Origin: a virus
Lineage: Duplodnaviria; Caudoviricetes
Length of the DNA stretch: 64,000 nucleotides
Virus record (IMG/VR): IMGVR_UViG_3300033120_001005
Span: 1-64,000 of that record
Direction: 5' to 3' (one strand)
Shown here: piece by piece, positions 56,978 through 64,000 of the stretch
Numbering within the stretch: the stretch's first letter is position 1
Layout: the number at the start of each line of letters is the position of its first letter
Position numbers and translations under genes: made by a program
Notes under the pieces: model-generated
The model's input: only the letters and a program-made list of their open reading frames with translations
What the model was told of the DNA's origin: nothing
Database searches by the model: none

Positions 56978-57856
56978 ATGAAAAAAATAAAATCAGAGTT
57001 TACAAAAGACTGGATTATTGATAATTCAATTAACATTTGTTCTGAATATGAACATGGTGTTTTGACTTTAAGAGGACTTCACTATCAATTAGTTTCTATT
57101 GGAATGACAAATGATTTAGCACACTACAAAAAAGTAGTTAATGCAATGATTGAGGCCCGATGGAATGAACAAATAGATTTTGAACAATTTTCAGACCTTG
57201 ACAGAGGTATGATTGGCGAAACAGCTTATCAAACAACTCATCTTTATGAAGAAATTCAATTAGGAAAACTACAAGTAACAGCTTGGATGAATAATTATAG
57301 CAAAAATAAATGGGAAAATCAACCTAATTATGTTGAAGTATTTATTGAAAAAAAAGCTTTACAAGGTGTTTTTCAGTCTACTTGTAACGATTGGGATGTT
57401 GCCCTTGGTGCGTGCAAAGGTTATCCTTCACTTACATTTTTACATGAATCCGTTCAACGTTATAAAAAAGTTATTGAAACTGGTAAAAAAGTTACAATTC
57501 TTTATTTTGGTGACTATGATGCAAGTGGTGAAGATATTCCACGTTCTATTCAAGAAAACTTTATTAAATTTGGTGTTGATGTAAACATTAAAGTTATTGC
57601 TTTAAATGAACAACAAGTTATTGAATGGAATTTGCCACCAGCCCCAACAAAAGAAACAGATTCAAGAGCTGCAAATTGGAACGGTTTAGGTCAAGTTGAG
57701 TTAGATGCAGTTAAGCCACAACAAATTATTAAACTTTGTAATAATGCAATTCAAGATATGTTTGATGATGAATTGCATGAAGAATTACTTTTACTTCAAA
57801 AAGAAGAAAAAGAAACATACAAAGCTGAACTTAAAACCTATGTAAACAATTTGTAG
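56978..57856 (+). CDS. Topo VI-A/Spo11/JetD-like winged-helix plus TOPRIM protein
   Basis: LTLRGLHYQLVS, VEVFIEK, KGYPS, ILYFGDYDASG (DxD), ELDA. Confidence 0.75.
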   Translation: MKKIKSEFTKDWIIDNSINICSEYEHGVLTLRGLHYQLVSIGMTNDLAHYKKVVNAMIEARWNEQIDFEQFSDLDRGMIGETAYQTTHLYEEIQLGKLQVTAWMNNYSKNKWENQPNYVEVFIEKKALQGVFQSTCNDWDVALGACKGYPSLTFLHESVQRYKKVIETGKKVTILYFGDYDASGEDIPRSIQENFIKFGVDVNIKVIALNEQQVIEWNLPPAPTKETDSRAANWNGLGQVELDAVKPQQIIKLCNNAIQDMFDDELHEELLLLQKEEKETYKAELKTYVNNL

Positions 57857-57905
57857 TACAATTATCAGAATAACACATCAGAATAAACAAATAAACACAA
57901 AAATT

Positions 57906-58499
57906 ATGCAAGAACAAATTAAAGAGTTAAGAGTTAAAATTGATGGATTAAGTCAATTAGTAAAAGAATTAAAACCAAATAGAAAAACTATTGTAGGATA
58001 TGCCCATGAATACCCACATAAAATAGCAGATCATGTAATGTTTGAGAAGATTAACTCAAAAGAAATAGAGAAAGTTTTTGATTCTCTTATTTATGCAAAA
58101 GCATGGTTGGGTAAATTATTAGGAGAATTAGGGGAACAAACACCTTATGCAAATGATGGAAAAAGAAACAATGTTGACGATATTGAACCAGCTGCTGATA
58201 CACATCATCAAATTAATCAAACTCATGTTTTAGGTAAAGAAAAAGGATTAATCCCAGAAGAATATTTACTTTCATTTAACCACATTCAAAAAGTAGATTG
58301 GTTAAGACAAGAAATTGAAAAAATAGTAATTGAAGTAAAACAAATAGGAAATGCACCTAATCCTCCAATGTTAAATAGAGAAATTAGTATAGCAAGAACA
58401 AATGCTTACAATCATTTAACAGAAGCACGTTTTGCTTTGGGCTTTGAATTATATCGTATTAAACAATTAGATATTGCCGAAACAACTAAACCATTTTAG
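57906..58499 (+). CDS. Tandem helical-hairpin protein, possibly Acb2/Tad1-like
   Basis: Two repeats of LR..I..(V)...[RE.S.A.]...L..A..(W/A)LG. Confidence 0.4.
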   Translation: MQEQIKELRVKIDGLSQLVKELKPNRKTIVGYAHEYPHKIADHVMFEKINSKEIEKVFDSLIYAKAWLGKLLGELGEQTPYANDGKRNNVDDIEPAADTHHQINQTHVLGKEKGLIPEEYLLSFNHIQKVDWLRQEIEKIVIEVKQIGNAPNPPMLNREISIARTNAYNHLTEARFALGFELYRIKQLDIAETTKPF

Positions 58500-58575
58500 A
58501 TCCAATAAGTGATGTTGGAATTTAAAAATTAAATCAGAACAATTATCAGAACAAAAAATCATACAAATTAAAAAT

Positions 58576-59361
58576 ATGAAATATTTAACAGGAGATGATA
58601 CCACTAAATTAAAAGGCTGGATTTCATTTTACCCAACATTTAGTAACGGCCTTTATTTAGAAAAAGCAGCATACTTTGATGAACGTCCTACAATTGTAGG
58701 AACTATAACTTCTATTTTAAGTTTAATAGGACTATTAATACTGCCATTTTATTCATTATGGTGGTTATTTTTAGTTGTTTTTTTATTTGTTGGTTGGGGA
58801 CGTGTATTTATTCATTTGCCAATTAAAACGGGAATTCAAGATTGCGACAGTGCTGCATGGGGTTTTAATTACCATGGTAATAAAATATGGCTTTATATTG
58901 GTGGTAGTGGTAATTATGAAGGCGGCAGAAAATGGAAAACATTTACTATGCCTTGGGATCCAACATGGATAAGAAGATCAACTTTAATTAAAGGTAATCC
59001 TAATTATTGGCATCATGAAACAAAAAAAAATCCAAAAGAATGGAATGGTGTTAATGTAGGAAGTTACGAATGGTTAAAAATTTATAAATATAAAGAAACG
59101 CATCCTTATATTGATTCTTATGACGGCACAACTGTTAATGCAACACTATCAATGGTTGAAACGGAATGGCGCCCTTTATGGTTTCAATGGACCTCATTAT
59201 TTGCTAAAAAAAGTACTTTTATTGATATAGAATTTGATCAAGAAGTTGGAAAACAAAAAGGTGAATGGAAAGGTGGTTGCATTGGTTGTAATTATGAAAT
59301 AAAAACTGGCGAAACAATGTTGCAATGTTTAAAACGAATGGAAAAAGAACGTAAGTTTTAG
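58576..59361 (+). CDS. Trp-rich hypothetical protein with one or two TM segments
   Basis: IITSILSLIGLLILPFYSLWWLFLVVFLFVGWG hydrophobic stretch. Confidence 0.6.
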   Translation: MKYLTGDDTTKLKGWISFYPTFSNGLYLEKAAYFDERPTIVGTITSILSLIGLLILPFYSLWWLFLVVFLFVGWGRVFIHLPIKTGIQDCDSAAWGFNYHGNKIWLYIGGSGNYEGGRKWKTFTMPWDPTWIRRSTLIKGNPNYWHHETKKNPKEWNGVNVGSYEWLKIYKYKETHPYIDSYDGTTVNATLSMVETEWRPLWFQWTSLFAKKSTFIDIEFDQEVGKQKGEWKGGCIGCNYEIKTGETMLQCLKRMEKERKF

Positions 59362-59365
59362 CATT

Positions 59366-59404
59366 AAAAAAGCCCAATCAATTAATTTTGATTGGGCTTT
59401 TTTT
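59366..59404. terminator. Bidirectional terminator between the early arm and the lysis block
   Basis: A6-GCCCAATCAA...TTGATTGGGC-T7. Confidence 0.9.
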
Positions 59405-59798
59405 ATTTCAAAAAAGTAGTTGTTAGTACATAAATTATTAATGGAGGTATTAGCCATTTCAATATTGTAACTTGTTTAGTTAAAGTTACTACTTTTTTTC
59501 GTTCCTGAGCTAACAAAAACGATGAATCGGCTAATTGTATCTTATTATCAATAATAATTGAACTGTCAGTTGATATTCTGTTTTTAAGGATTAGATTACC
59601 CTTATACAATGTATCAATCATTTTTTGTTTTTGTTCAACCATTTGAAAAGCTCTTACTCCTTTTCTTAATTCATCTGTTTTAATCAAATGAAAAGTATCT
59701 TTTCCAATAACTTGTATCTTTAATGTATCGCTTCCAAAGCAACACAACGCTATCATTTGACATAGTAACAATAGCTTCATCTTTAAGTTTAGTTTCAT
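59403..59798 (-). CDS. Spanin-like protein (signal peptide, coiled coil, C-terminal TM)
   Basis: MKLLLLCQMIALCC N-terminus; C-terminal LKWLIPPLIIYVLTT; overlaps the next gene. Confidence 0.45.
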   Translation of the reverse strand: MKLNLKMKLLLLCQMIALCCFGSDTLKIQVIGKDTFHLIKTDELRKGVRAFQMVEQKQKMIDTLYKGNLILKNRISTDSSIIIDNKIQLADSSFLLAQERKKVVTLTKQVTILKWLIPPLIIYVLTTTFLK

Positions 59799-60039
59799 GT
59801 TTTATTTGAATTAATTGGTTTTCGTTTTCTTTTTGTTCTATAATTAAAGAGTCTTTTTTCTTTTGTAACTCAGGTTTAGGTTTAATTGATTCATAAACAC
59901 TTAATCGTTCATTAGCTAAATCCAAATCTTCTTTTAGTTCAAATAGGTTAAAAGATAAATAAAGACAAAGTGAACTGCTAAAACAAATTAAGAACACTAG
60001 GATTATTGTTGTCAAGGTTGTTTTTGATTCGTAACTCAT
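59680..60039 (-). CDS. i-spanin (Rz)-like protein
   Basis: N-terminal TM followed by a coiled coil, downstream of the amidase. Confidence 0.5.
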   Translation of the reverse strand: MSYESKTTLTTIILVFLICFSSSLCLYLSFNLFELKEDLDLANERLSVYESIKPKPELQKKKDSLIIEQKENENQLIQIKHETKLKDEAIVTMSNDSVVLLWKRYIKDTSYWKRYFSFD

Positions 60040-60223
60040 TTTCTAATGATTGTTTTTTAGGTTTAGGTTTAATATCAATATCGTTAAGTGTTAATCTTTT
60101 TTTTGGTACTTTAGGTTCCTCAACAACTGGCGGTGCCACAATTACTGGAGCATATTTTGCTTCTATAATTTTGCAAAGTTCTCTTCTTTGAATACTTACA
60201 CTATCTTCAGGAAACACTAACAT
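59978..60223 (-). CDS. Hypothetical protein
   Basis: Starts 7 nt after the amidase stop. Confidence 0.45.
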   Translation of the reverse strand: MLVFPEDSVSIQRRELCKIIEAKYAPVIVAPPVVEEPKVPKKRLTLNDIDIKPKPKKQSLENELRIKNNLDNNNPSVLNLF

Positions 60224-60229
60224 ATTATT

Positions 60230-60775
60230 TTATTTTATTAATCCTTCTGCTTCAATTAACAATAATGCAATTTCTTTAGCTACTTTATTGATATTAATAA
60301 CGTAAGAATTCATATCATTTGAATTTGAAATAAAACAAACTTCAATTAATATGTTAATTCCTTTTTCACGCATAATACCAAGTGTTCCATGTTGACTATC
60401 ACCTTCGGTTTTTACACCACGATTTTTTATTTTCAGCACGCTTGACAATATTACAGTCAATTTACGTGCAATTTCTTGTTCTTGAATTGTAAAACGTGTA
60501 GGAATTAAAACTTCTATACCAGTAGCAGATGCAGTTCCTGCATTAAAATGTAAATCACAAACAACATCTGTTTCATTACTATTTATTTTTTGCAGCACTG
60601 TTACTAAATTATCACTATCTGAATCACTTTGAACAACAACATTTAATGCTTTACATTCAGCAATAATTAAATCACGTAATTGAGCTGTTAAATTAGCTTC
60701 TTTAAATCCATTTCCTATTGCTCCTGGATCTGGTTTTAATCCTTTTGGGTTGTGGCCTGCACTTAAATAAATCAT
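60230..60775 (-). CDS. Endolysin, N-acetylmuramoyl-L-alanine amidase (Amidase_3)
   Basis: YLSAGH, EANL, LHFNA, ILIEVCFISN zinc/catalytic motifs. Confidence 0.92.
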   Translation of the reverse strand: MIYLSAGHNPKGLKPDPGAIGNGFKEANLTAQLRDLIIAECKALNVVVQSDSDSDNLVTVLQKINSNETDVVCDLHFNAGTASATGIEVLIPTRFTIQEQEIARKLTVILSSVLKIKNRGVKTEGDSQHGTLGIMREKGINILIEVCFISNSNDMNSYVININKVAKEIALLLIEAEGLIK

Positions 60776-60781
60776 AGTTTG

Positions 60782-61150
60782 TTATTTTTTGATAAATTGT
60801 TTAAATAAAGATTTTCCTGTTATATCCCTAAAATTTTCGTCTAGGCTTTTTACTTCAATAAAAGCAATAAGCCCTGAAACTATTTTTAACACTTCAATGT
60901 CTTTTAAAAAATTTTGTTGAAAAACATGCGCTACTAAAATAGCTATCATATAGCCAATACCTTTGGTTATGGTAGGCCGCATTTTTTTACTGGAAATTTC
61001 TTCTCCTCGTTTTTTTGCAGCCATTATTCCGGTTACAAAATCGGCTACTAAAAAAAAGCCAATTGCCAACATCATAGGATAAGCTGGGCTAAAATAACTT
61101 ATCATATATGCCAATACCGGCAGTGCGTATTTATGTAATAATTCTTTCAT
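60782..61150 (-). CDS. Holin (phage holin 4_1-like)
   Basis: ADFVTGIMAAKK...SKKM..TITK...IEVKSLDEN; TM helices; adjacent to the amidase. Confidence 0.85.
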   Translation of the reverse strand: MKELLHKYALPVLAYMISYFSPAYPMMLAIGFFLVADFVTGIMAAKKRGEEISSKKMRPTITKGIGYMIAILVAHVFQQNFLKDIEVLKIVSGLIAFIEVKSLDENFRDITGKSLFKQFIKK

Positions 61151-61437
61151 TATGCAAATTGGTGTTTTGGTTCTGATGGGTAATGTTGGTTAATTCCTTC
61201 AGGTATTGTTAAATCTTTATTGGTTAAAATATCAAAATGCAAACCATCTAACCAGCTTATTACTTCACCAGTTTCAATATTTATTTGATTTGGTATTTGA
61301 CCATTTTCGTTTATAAAAACAAAACAGTCAGTTTGATTAACCATACTACTATTTCCTTTGAATTCGAAATTGAAATTTGCCAATAAAAAAGCTTCTATTT
61401 GCTCAACAGATTGAGCTGAGAGTTTATATTCTTTCAT
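61150..61437 (-). CDS. Hypothetical protein, possible fibre chaperone
   Basis: Coupled downstream of the fibre gene. Confidence 0.5.
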   Translation of the reverse strand: MKEYKLSAQSVEQIEAFLLANFNFEFKGNSSMVNQTDCFVFINENGQIPNQINIETGEVISWLDGLHFDILTNKDLTIPEGINQHYPSEPKHQFA

Positions 61438-62807
61438 TAGGTAGTTATATTAATGCATTCTGAATTAGGGAGAGCAGTCATGTACGCAGAACAAGAATCA
61501 ATGTATATTTGGTTCAAATTATTGCTGATTTCGGCTGAACCTATGTACAAATTATTTCTAGGCTGTGCAAAAACCAAAGCAGCTGAAGAACTTAAAACAA
61601 GAACCCCATTCAAATAAATTCTTATATCTCCATTTGCATAAGCAATAGCTATTTTGTTCAAACCATTAACTTGCAAAGCTGTTGAATTGGCGATGTAAAT
61701 CACTCCGCTAGTATTTCTAATAAAACAAGTAATTGTATTATTTGTATTATAAGCTAGCCAAATTCTATCATTTAGCGTATCATCAGTACTTACCACTATT
61801 CGCCCAGTACTCAAGCCAAATGCATAGGGTCTATAATTAACGAGAATTGTTCCTGCATCTTGGCCAATAAATGACGTGGCGTTACTGTTAAATACTGCAT
61901 CACCTACACGAGTAACTGTTGATGCTGTTGTAGGGATGTAAGAAGTTGCAAATGCGCCTAATTCAATCTGAGCACCCCATATTATTATTCCTTTCGAATT
62001 ATCGCCAGTATAACTAGCTGATGAATTGGAGTCGCGGACAACCATCCAGAAAAAAGAATTACCTGCCGAAACAGTCACCGTTACAGAACAGCGATACCAA
62101 CCATTTCCTACCGCTGCAATAACAGGGTTTACAGAGCTTGTATTTGTTCCTCCAATTGTACCATTTATTAAATTAAATATTACATCACCGCCAGCAATTC
62201 CACCGCCTTGACCTAAACTTAAATATCCGTATTCAGCAGCTTTTGCAAAAACAGAAACTGTATATGTTGCAGCAGCCACAGAAACAAATTGACCTACTCT
62301 ATGTTGATTAGTACTATTATCCGCTATTAATTTATCTGCTGTGGTTGTATTATTGGGAGCGTCTGCAACATTTGAGGCTGTTAAACAAAATTGATTTAAT
62401 CCAATCCAATTGGGCAAATCCTCAGACCTGACAAACAAATTTGTTCTTACTGGATCAATTAAAAGGGTTGGCACACCATTAATCCAATGAATACGGCCAA
62501 TATTAGAAGCCATTTGCTCCAATACATTACTTGCATTGTTTCGGTAAACTAACGAAGCTCTTGAAAATACTAAATCGCCACTGCCATTAGTGGGTTTTAA
62601 AGCATATAGTTTACTTGGTTTCCAACTTGAAGGCACATAAACAAAACTTGCATCATTGATATTTGCTAAGTTTTGATTTAGTAAATTAGCTTCACCTTCA
62701 AATGTGCCACCATCGGCAAAAACACGAGCGCGAAATGCGTTTACCAATGCCTTTAAAGCACTTGTAACAACATTTTTTATTCCATATCCGTATCCATATC
62801 CTGGCAT
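61437..62807 (-). CDS. Fibre/spike protein with carbohydrate-binding and LamG-like domains
   Basis: LVFSRAS, LLIDPVRTNLF, GNGWYRCSVT, WGAQIELGAFATSYIPTT, TRVGD motifs. Confidence 0.75.
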   Translation of the reverse strand: MPGYGYGYGIKNVVTSALKALVNAFRARVFADGGTFEGEANLLNQNLANINDASFVYVPSSWKPSKLYALKPTNGSGDLVFSRASLVYRNNASNVLEQMASNIGRIHWINGVPTLLIDPVRTNLFVRSEDLPNWIGLNQFCLTASNVADAPNNTTTADKLIADNSTNQHRVGQFVSVAAATYTVSVFAKAAEYGYLSLGQGGGIAGGDVIFNLINGTIGGTNTSSVNPVIAAVGNGWYRCSVTVTVSAGNSFFWMVVRDSNSSASYTGDNSKGIIIWGAQIELGAFATSYIPTTASTVTRVGDAVFNSNATSFIGQDAGTILVNYRPYAFGLSTGRIVVSTDDTLNDRIWLAYNTNNTITCFIRNTSGVIYIANSTALQVNGLNKIAIAYANGDIRIYLNGVLVLSSSAALVFAQPRNNLYIGSAEISNNLNQIYIDSCSAYMTALPNSECINITT

Positions 62808-62811
62808 ATTA

Positions 62812-63183
62812 TTAATTGATTACCCAGATTGCTCCGGTGTTTACTACAATTTTTTTAATTTTTTTATCCATGTTGGCTTTAATTATTCTACCTTCTTTTA
62901 AAACGGTAGCAGAAATAAAATTACCTAAATAACTATTACCTAACATGTTTTTATCTTCTGAATCTGTTAATTCAGTAAATGTTGTGTCAGCATCAGCGAT
63001 TAAATAAGAACCATTACAATCAGCAATTGTGTCACCTGCTTTATAATATTTTGGTGCATTATCGCCTCCAAAAAAAGCACTATTTGCATCTACTTTTACT
63101 CTTAAATAAGCAAAATTTTGAACAGTAGCTATTATTCTTCCAAATAAACTTGCGCTTTGTTCTGTGTTAAAATGTTTAAACAT
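62812..63183 (-). CDS. Hypothetical virion-module protein
   Basis: Co-oriented ORF. Confidence 0.55.
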   Translation of the reverse strand: MFKHFNTEQSASLFGRIIATVQNFAYLRVKVDANSAFFGGDNAPKYYKAGDTIADCNGSYLIADADTTFTELTDSEDKNMLGNSYLGNFISATVLKEGRIIKANMDKKIKKIVVNTGAIWVIN

Positions 63184-63203
63184 TGTATTTTATAATTTAA
63201 TTG

Positions 63204-64000
63204 TTAAAAACTTCTCCAAGCATTAAATGTTAAACCGCTATTATCACTAGCACGCATATAATGTGTAAGGCCCTTTTCTTTTATTTCTTGTAAAATAGAT
63301 GTTTCAAAAACTATTACATCTATAAAAGCCCAACTTCCTTCTGATACTCCAGATGGTTTATTTGCTAAACTATTAACATTTGCTACATAATATCTACCTT
63401 CACTCAATATTGTATTTAAATCTGTTCCTGTTTCTATAGTTGTTTTTTTAGAACCAAAACCATCTTTACCACGAATATCATCTGTTATTGATGTTTCGCT
63501 ATTTGTTAATGTAAATGTTATTTTACCAGTTGTATTTTCATAGCTAATAGTTTCTATTCCAACACCGGGTTCTCCAATTCCTGTAGGTCCTTTTATGTTT
63601 GTTGCTAATGAAGCAGAAGTAAAACCACTTTCTCCTAAATAACATTCTTCAGGTATTGATGGTTTTGCTCCTTCTCCACCAGTATAATCGTATAATTTTA
63701 AAACAATTTTATCATCTACAGTTTCAGTTGCTAAAATAGGAGACCAACCATCAAAACCTTCCATAGTAGGAACTGTAAATGTTCTTTCTGTTGTATCAGA
63801 TAAAATTATTTTTATTAGTGTTGGTTCTGTTTGTTGAATGTCACTTATACCAACCCCTACACCACCTCTTAAATCATCCGTTAAAAAAGTTTCAGAATTA
63901 CTATACGTAATTGTTATTTTTCCATTTGATGAATTGTATGAAGTGTTAGTTATACCATTTCCTGTTAAACCTTGTATTCCACGAATATTTAAAGCACTTC
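63204..64000 (-). CDS. Tail fibre protein with repeats (5'-partial)
   Basis: The frame is open from the window edge through the track ATG at 63764 (SALNIRGIQGLTGNG...PTMEGFDGWSP); repeated NI.G..G...G(I)...SY....GKIT.T..NSE....DD.RG units. Confidence 0.75.
   Translation of the reverse strand, partial: SALNIRGIQGLTGNGITNTSYNSSNGKITITYSNSETFLTDDLRGGVGVGISDIQQTEPTLIKIILSDTTERTFTVPTMEGFDGWSPILATETVDDKIVLKLYDYTGGEGAKPSIPEECYLGESGFTSASLATNIKGPTGIGEPGVGIETISYENTTGKITFTLTNSETSITDDIRGKDGFGSKKTTIETGTDLNTILSEGRYYVANVNSLANKPSGVSEGSWAFIDVIVFETSILQEIKEKGLTHYMRASDNSGLTFNAWRSF

Noticed and set aside
1-64000. Stop-codon reassignment (TAG/TGA), known in some crAss-like phages
   Set aside because: Long intact ORFs tile the window under the standard code, and TAG stops (for example 28839, 43214, 57856, 59361) are followed by intergenic motifs or terminators.
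59403-64000. Diversity-generating retroelement targeting fibre genes
   Set aside because: No reverse transcriptase and no adenine-divergent TR/VR repeat pair noticed in the window.
1-64000. tRNA/rRNA genes, integrase or prophage att sites, inteins or introns in TerL/DnaB
   Set aside because: No cloverleaf or rRNA-like sequence recognised, no tyrosine/serine recombinase, no host genes, and TerL and DnaB are of ordinary length and contiguous.

Overview
AT-rich fragment of a lytic-type dsDNA phage genome, most likely Crassvirales-related (crAss-like) and infecting a Bacteroidota host. Host evidence: TTTG-N19-TAnnTTTG promoters and A-rich, SD-less translation starts. There are three blocks. (1) 1-26180, minus strand: crAss-like virion module with TerL, portal, scaffold-like protein, major capsid protein, ring proteins, muzzle/stabilisation protein, cargo proteins, and a giant (>1900 aa) protein running off the left edge that is probably the virion RNA polymerase. 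(2) 26409-59361, plus strand: early/middle arm with many small ORFs, a methyltransferase, SMC-like ATPase, PD-(D/E)xK nuclease, DnaB, SNF2 helicase and a TOPRIM protein, but no recognisable DNA polymerase or primase. (3) 59403-64000, minus strand: spanin-like pair, amidase, holin and fibre genes. Highlights: an apparently catalytically intact phage-encoded ubiquitin-like conjugation operon of the PRTRC type (E, Ubl, small ORF, F-like, E2, E1; no JAB) at 50075-53152; a mini-array of attC-like hairpins delimiting two gene cassettes at 37579-38281; a plus-strand intergenic motif ATCAGAAY repeated across the early arm; and a possible -1 frameshift at the start of an IHF-like gene. All family assignments come from motif recognition by eye, not from database searches.
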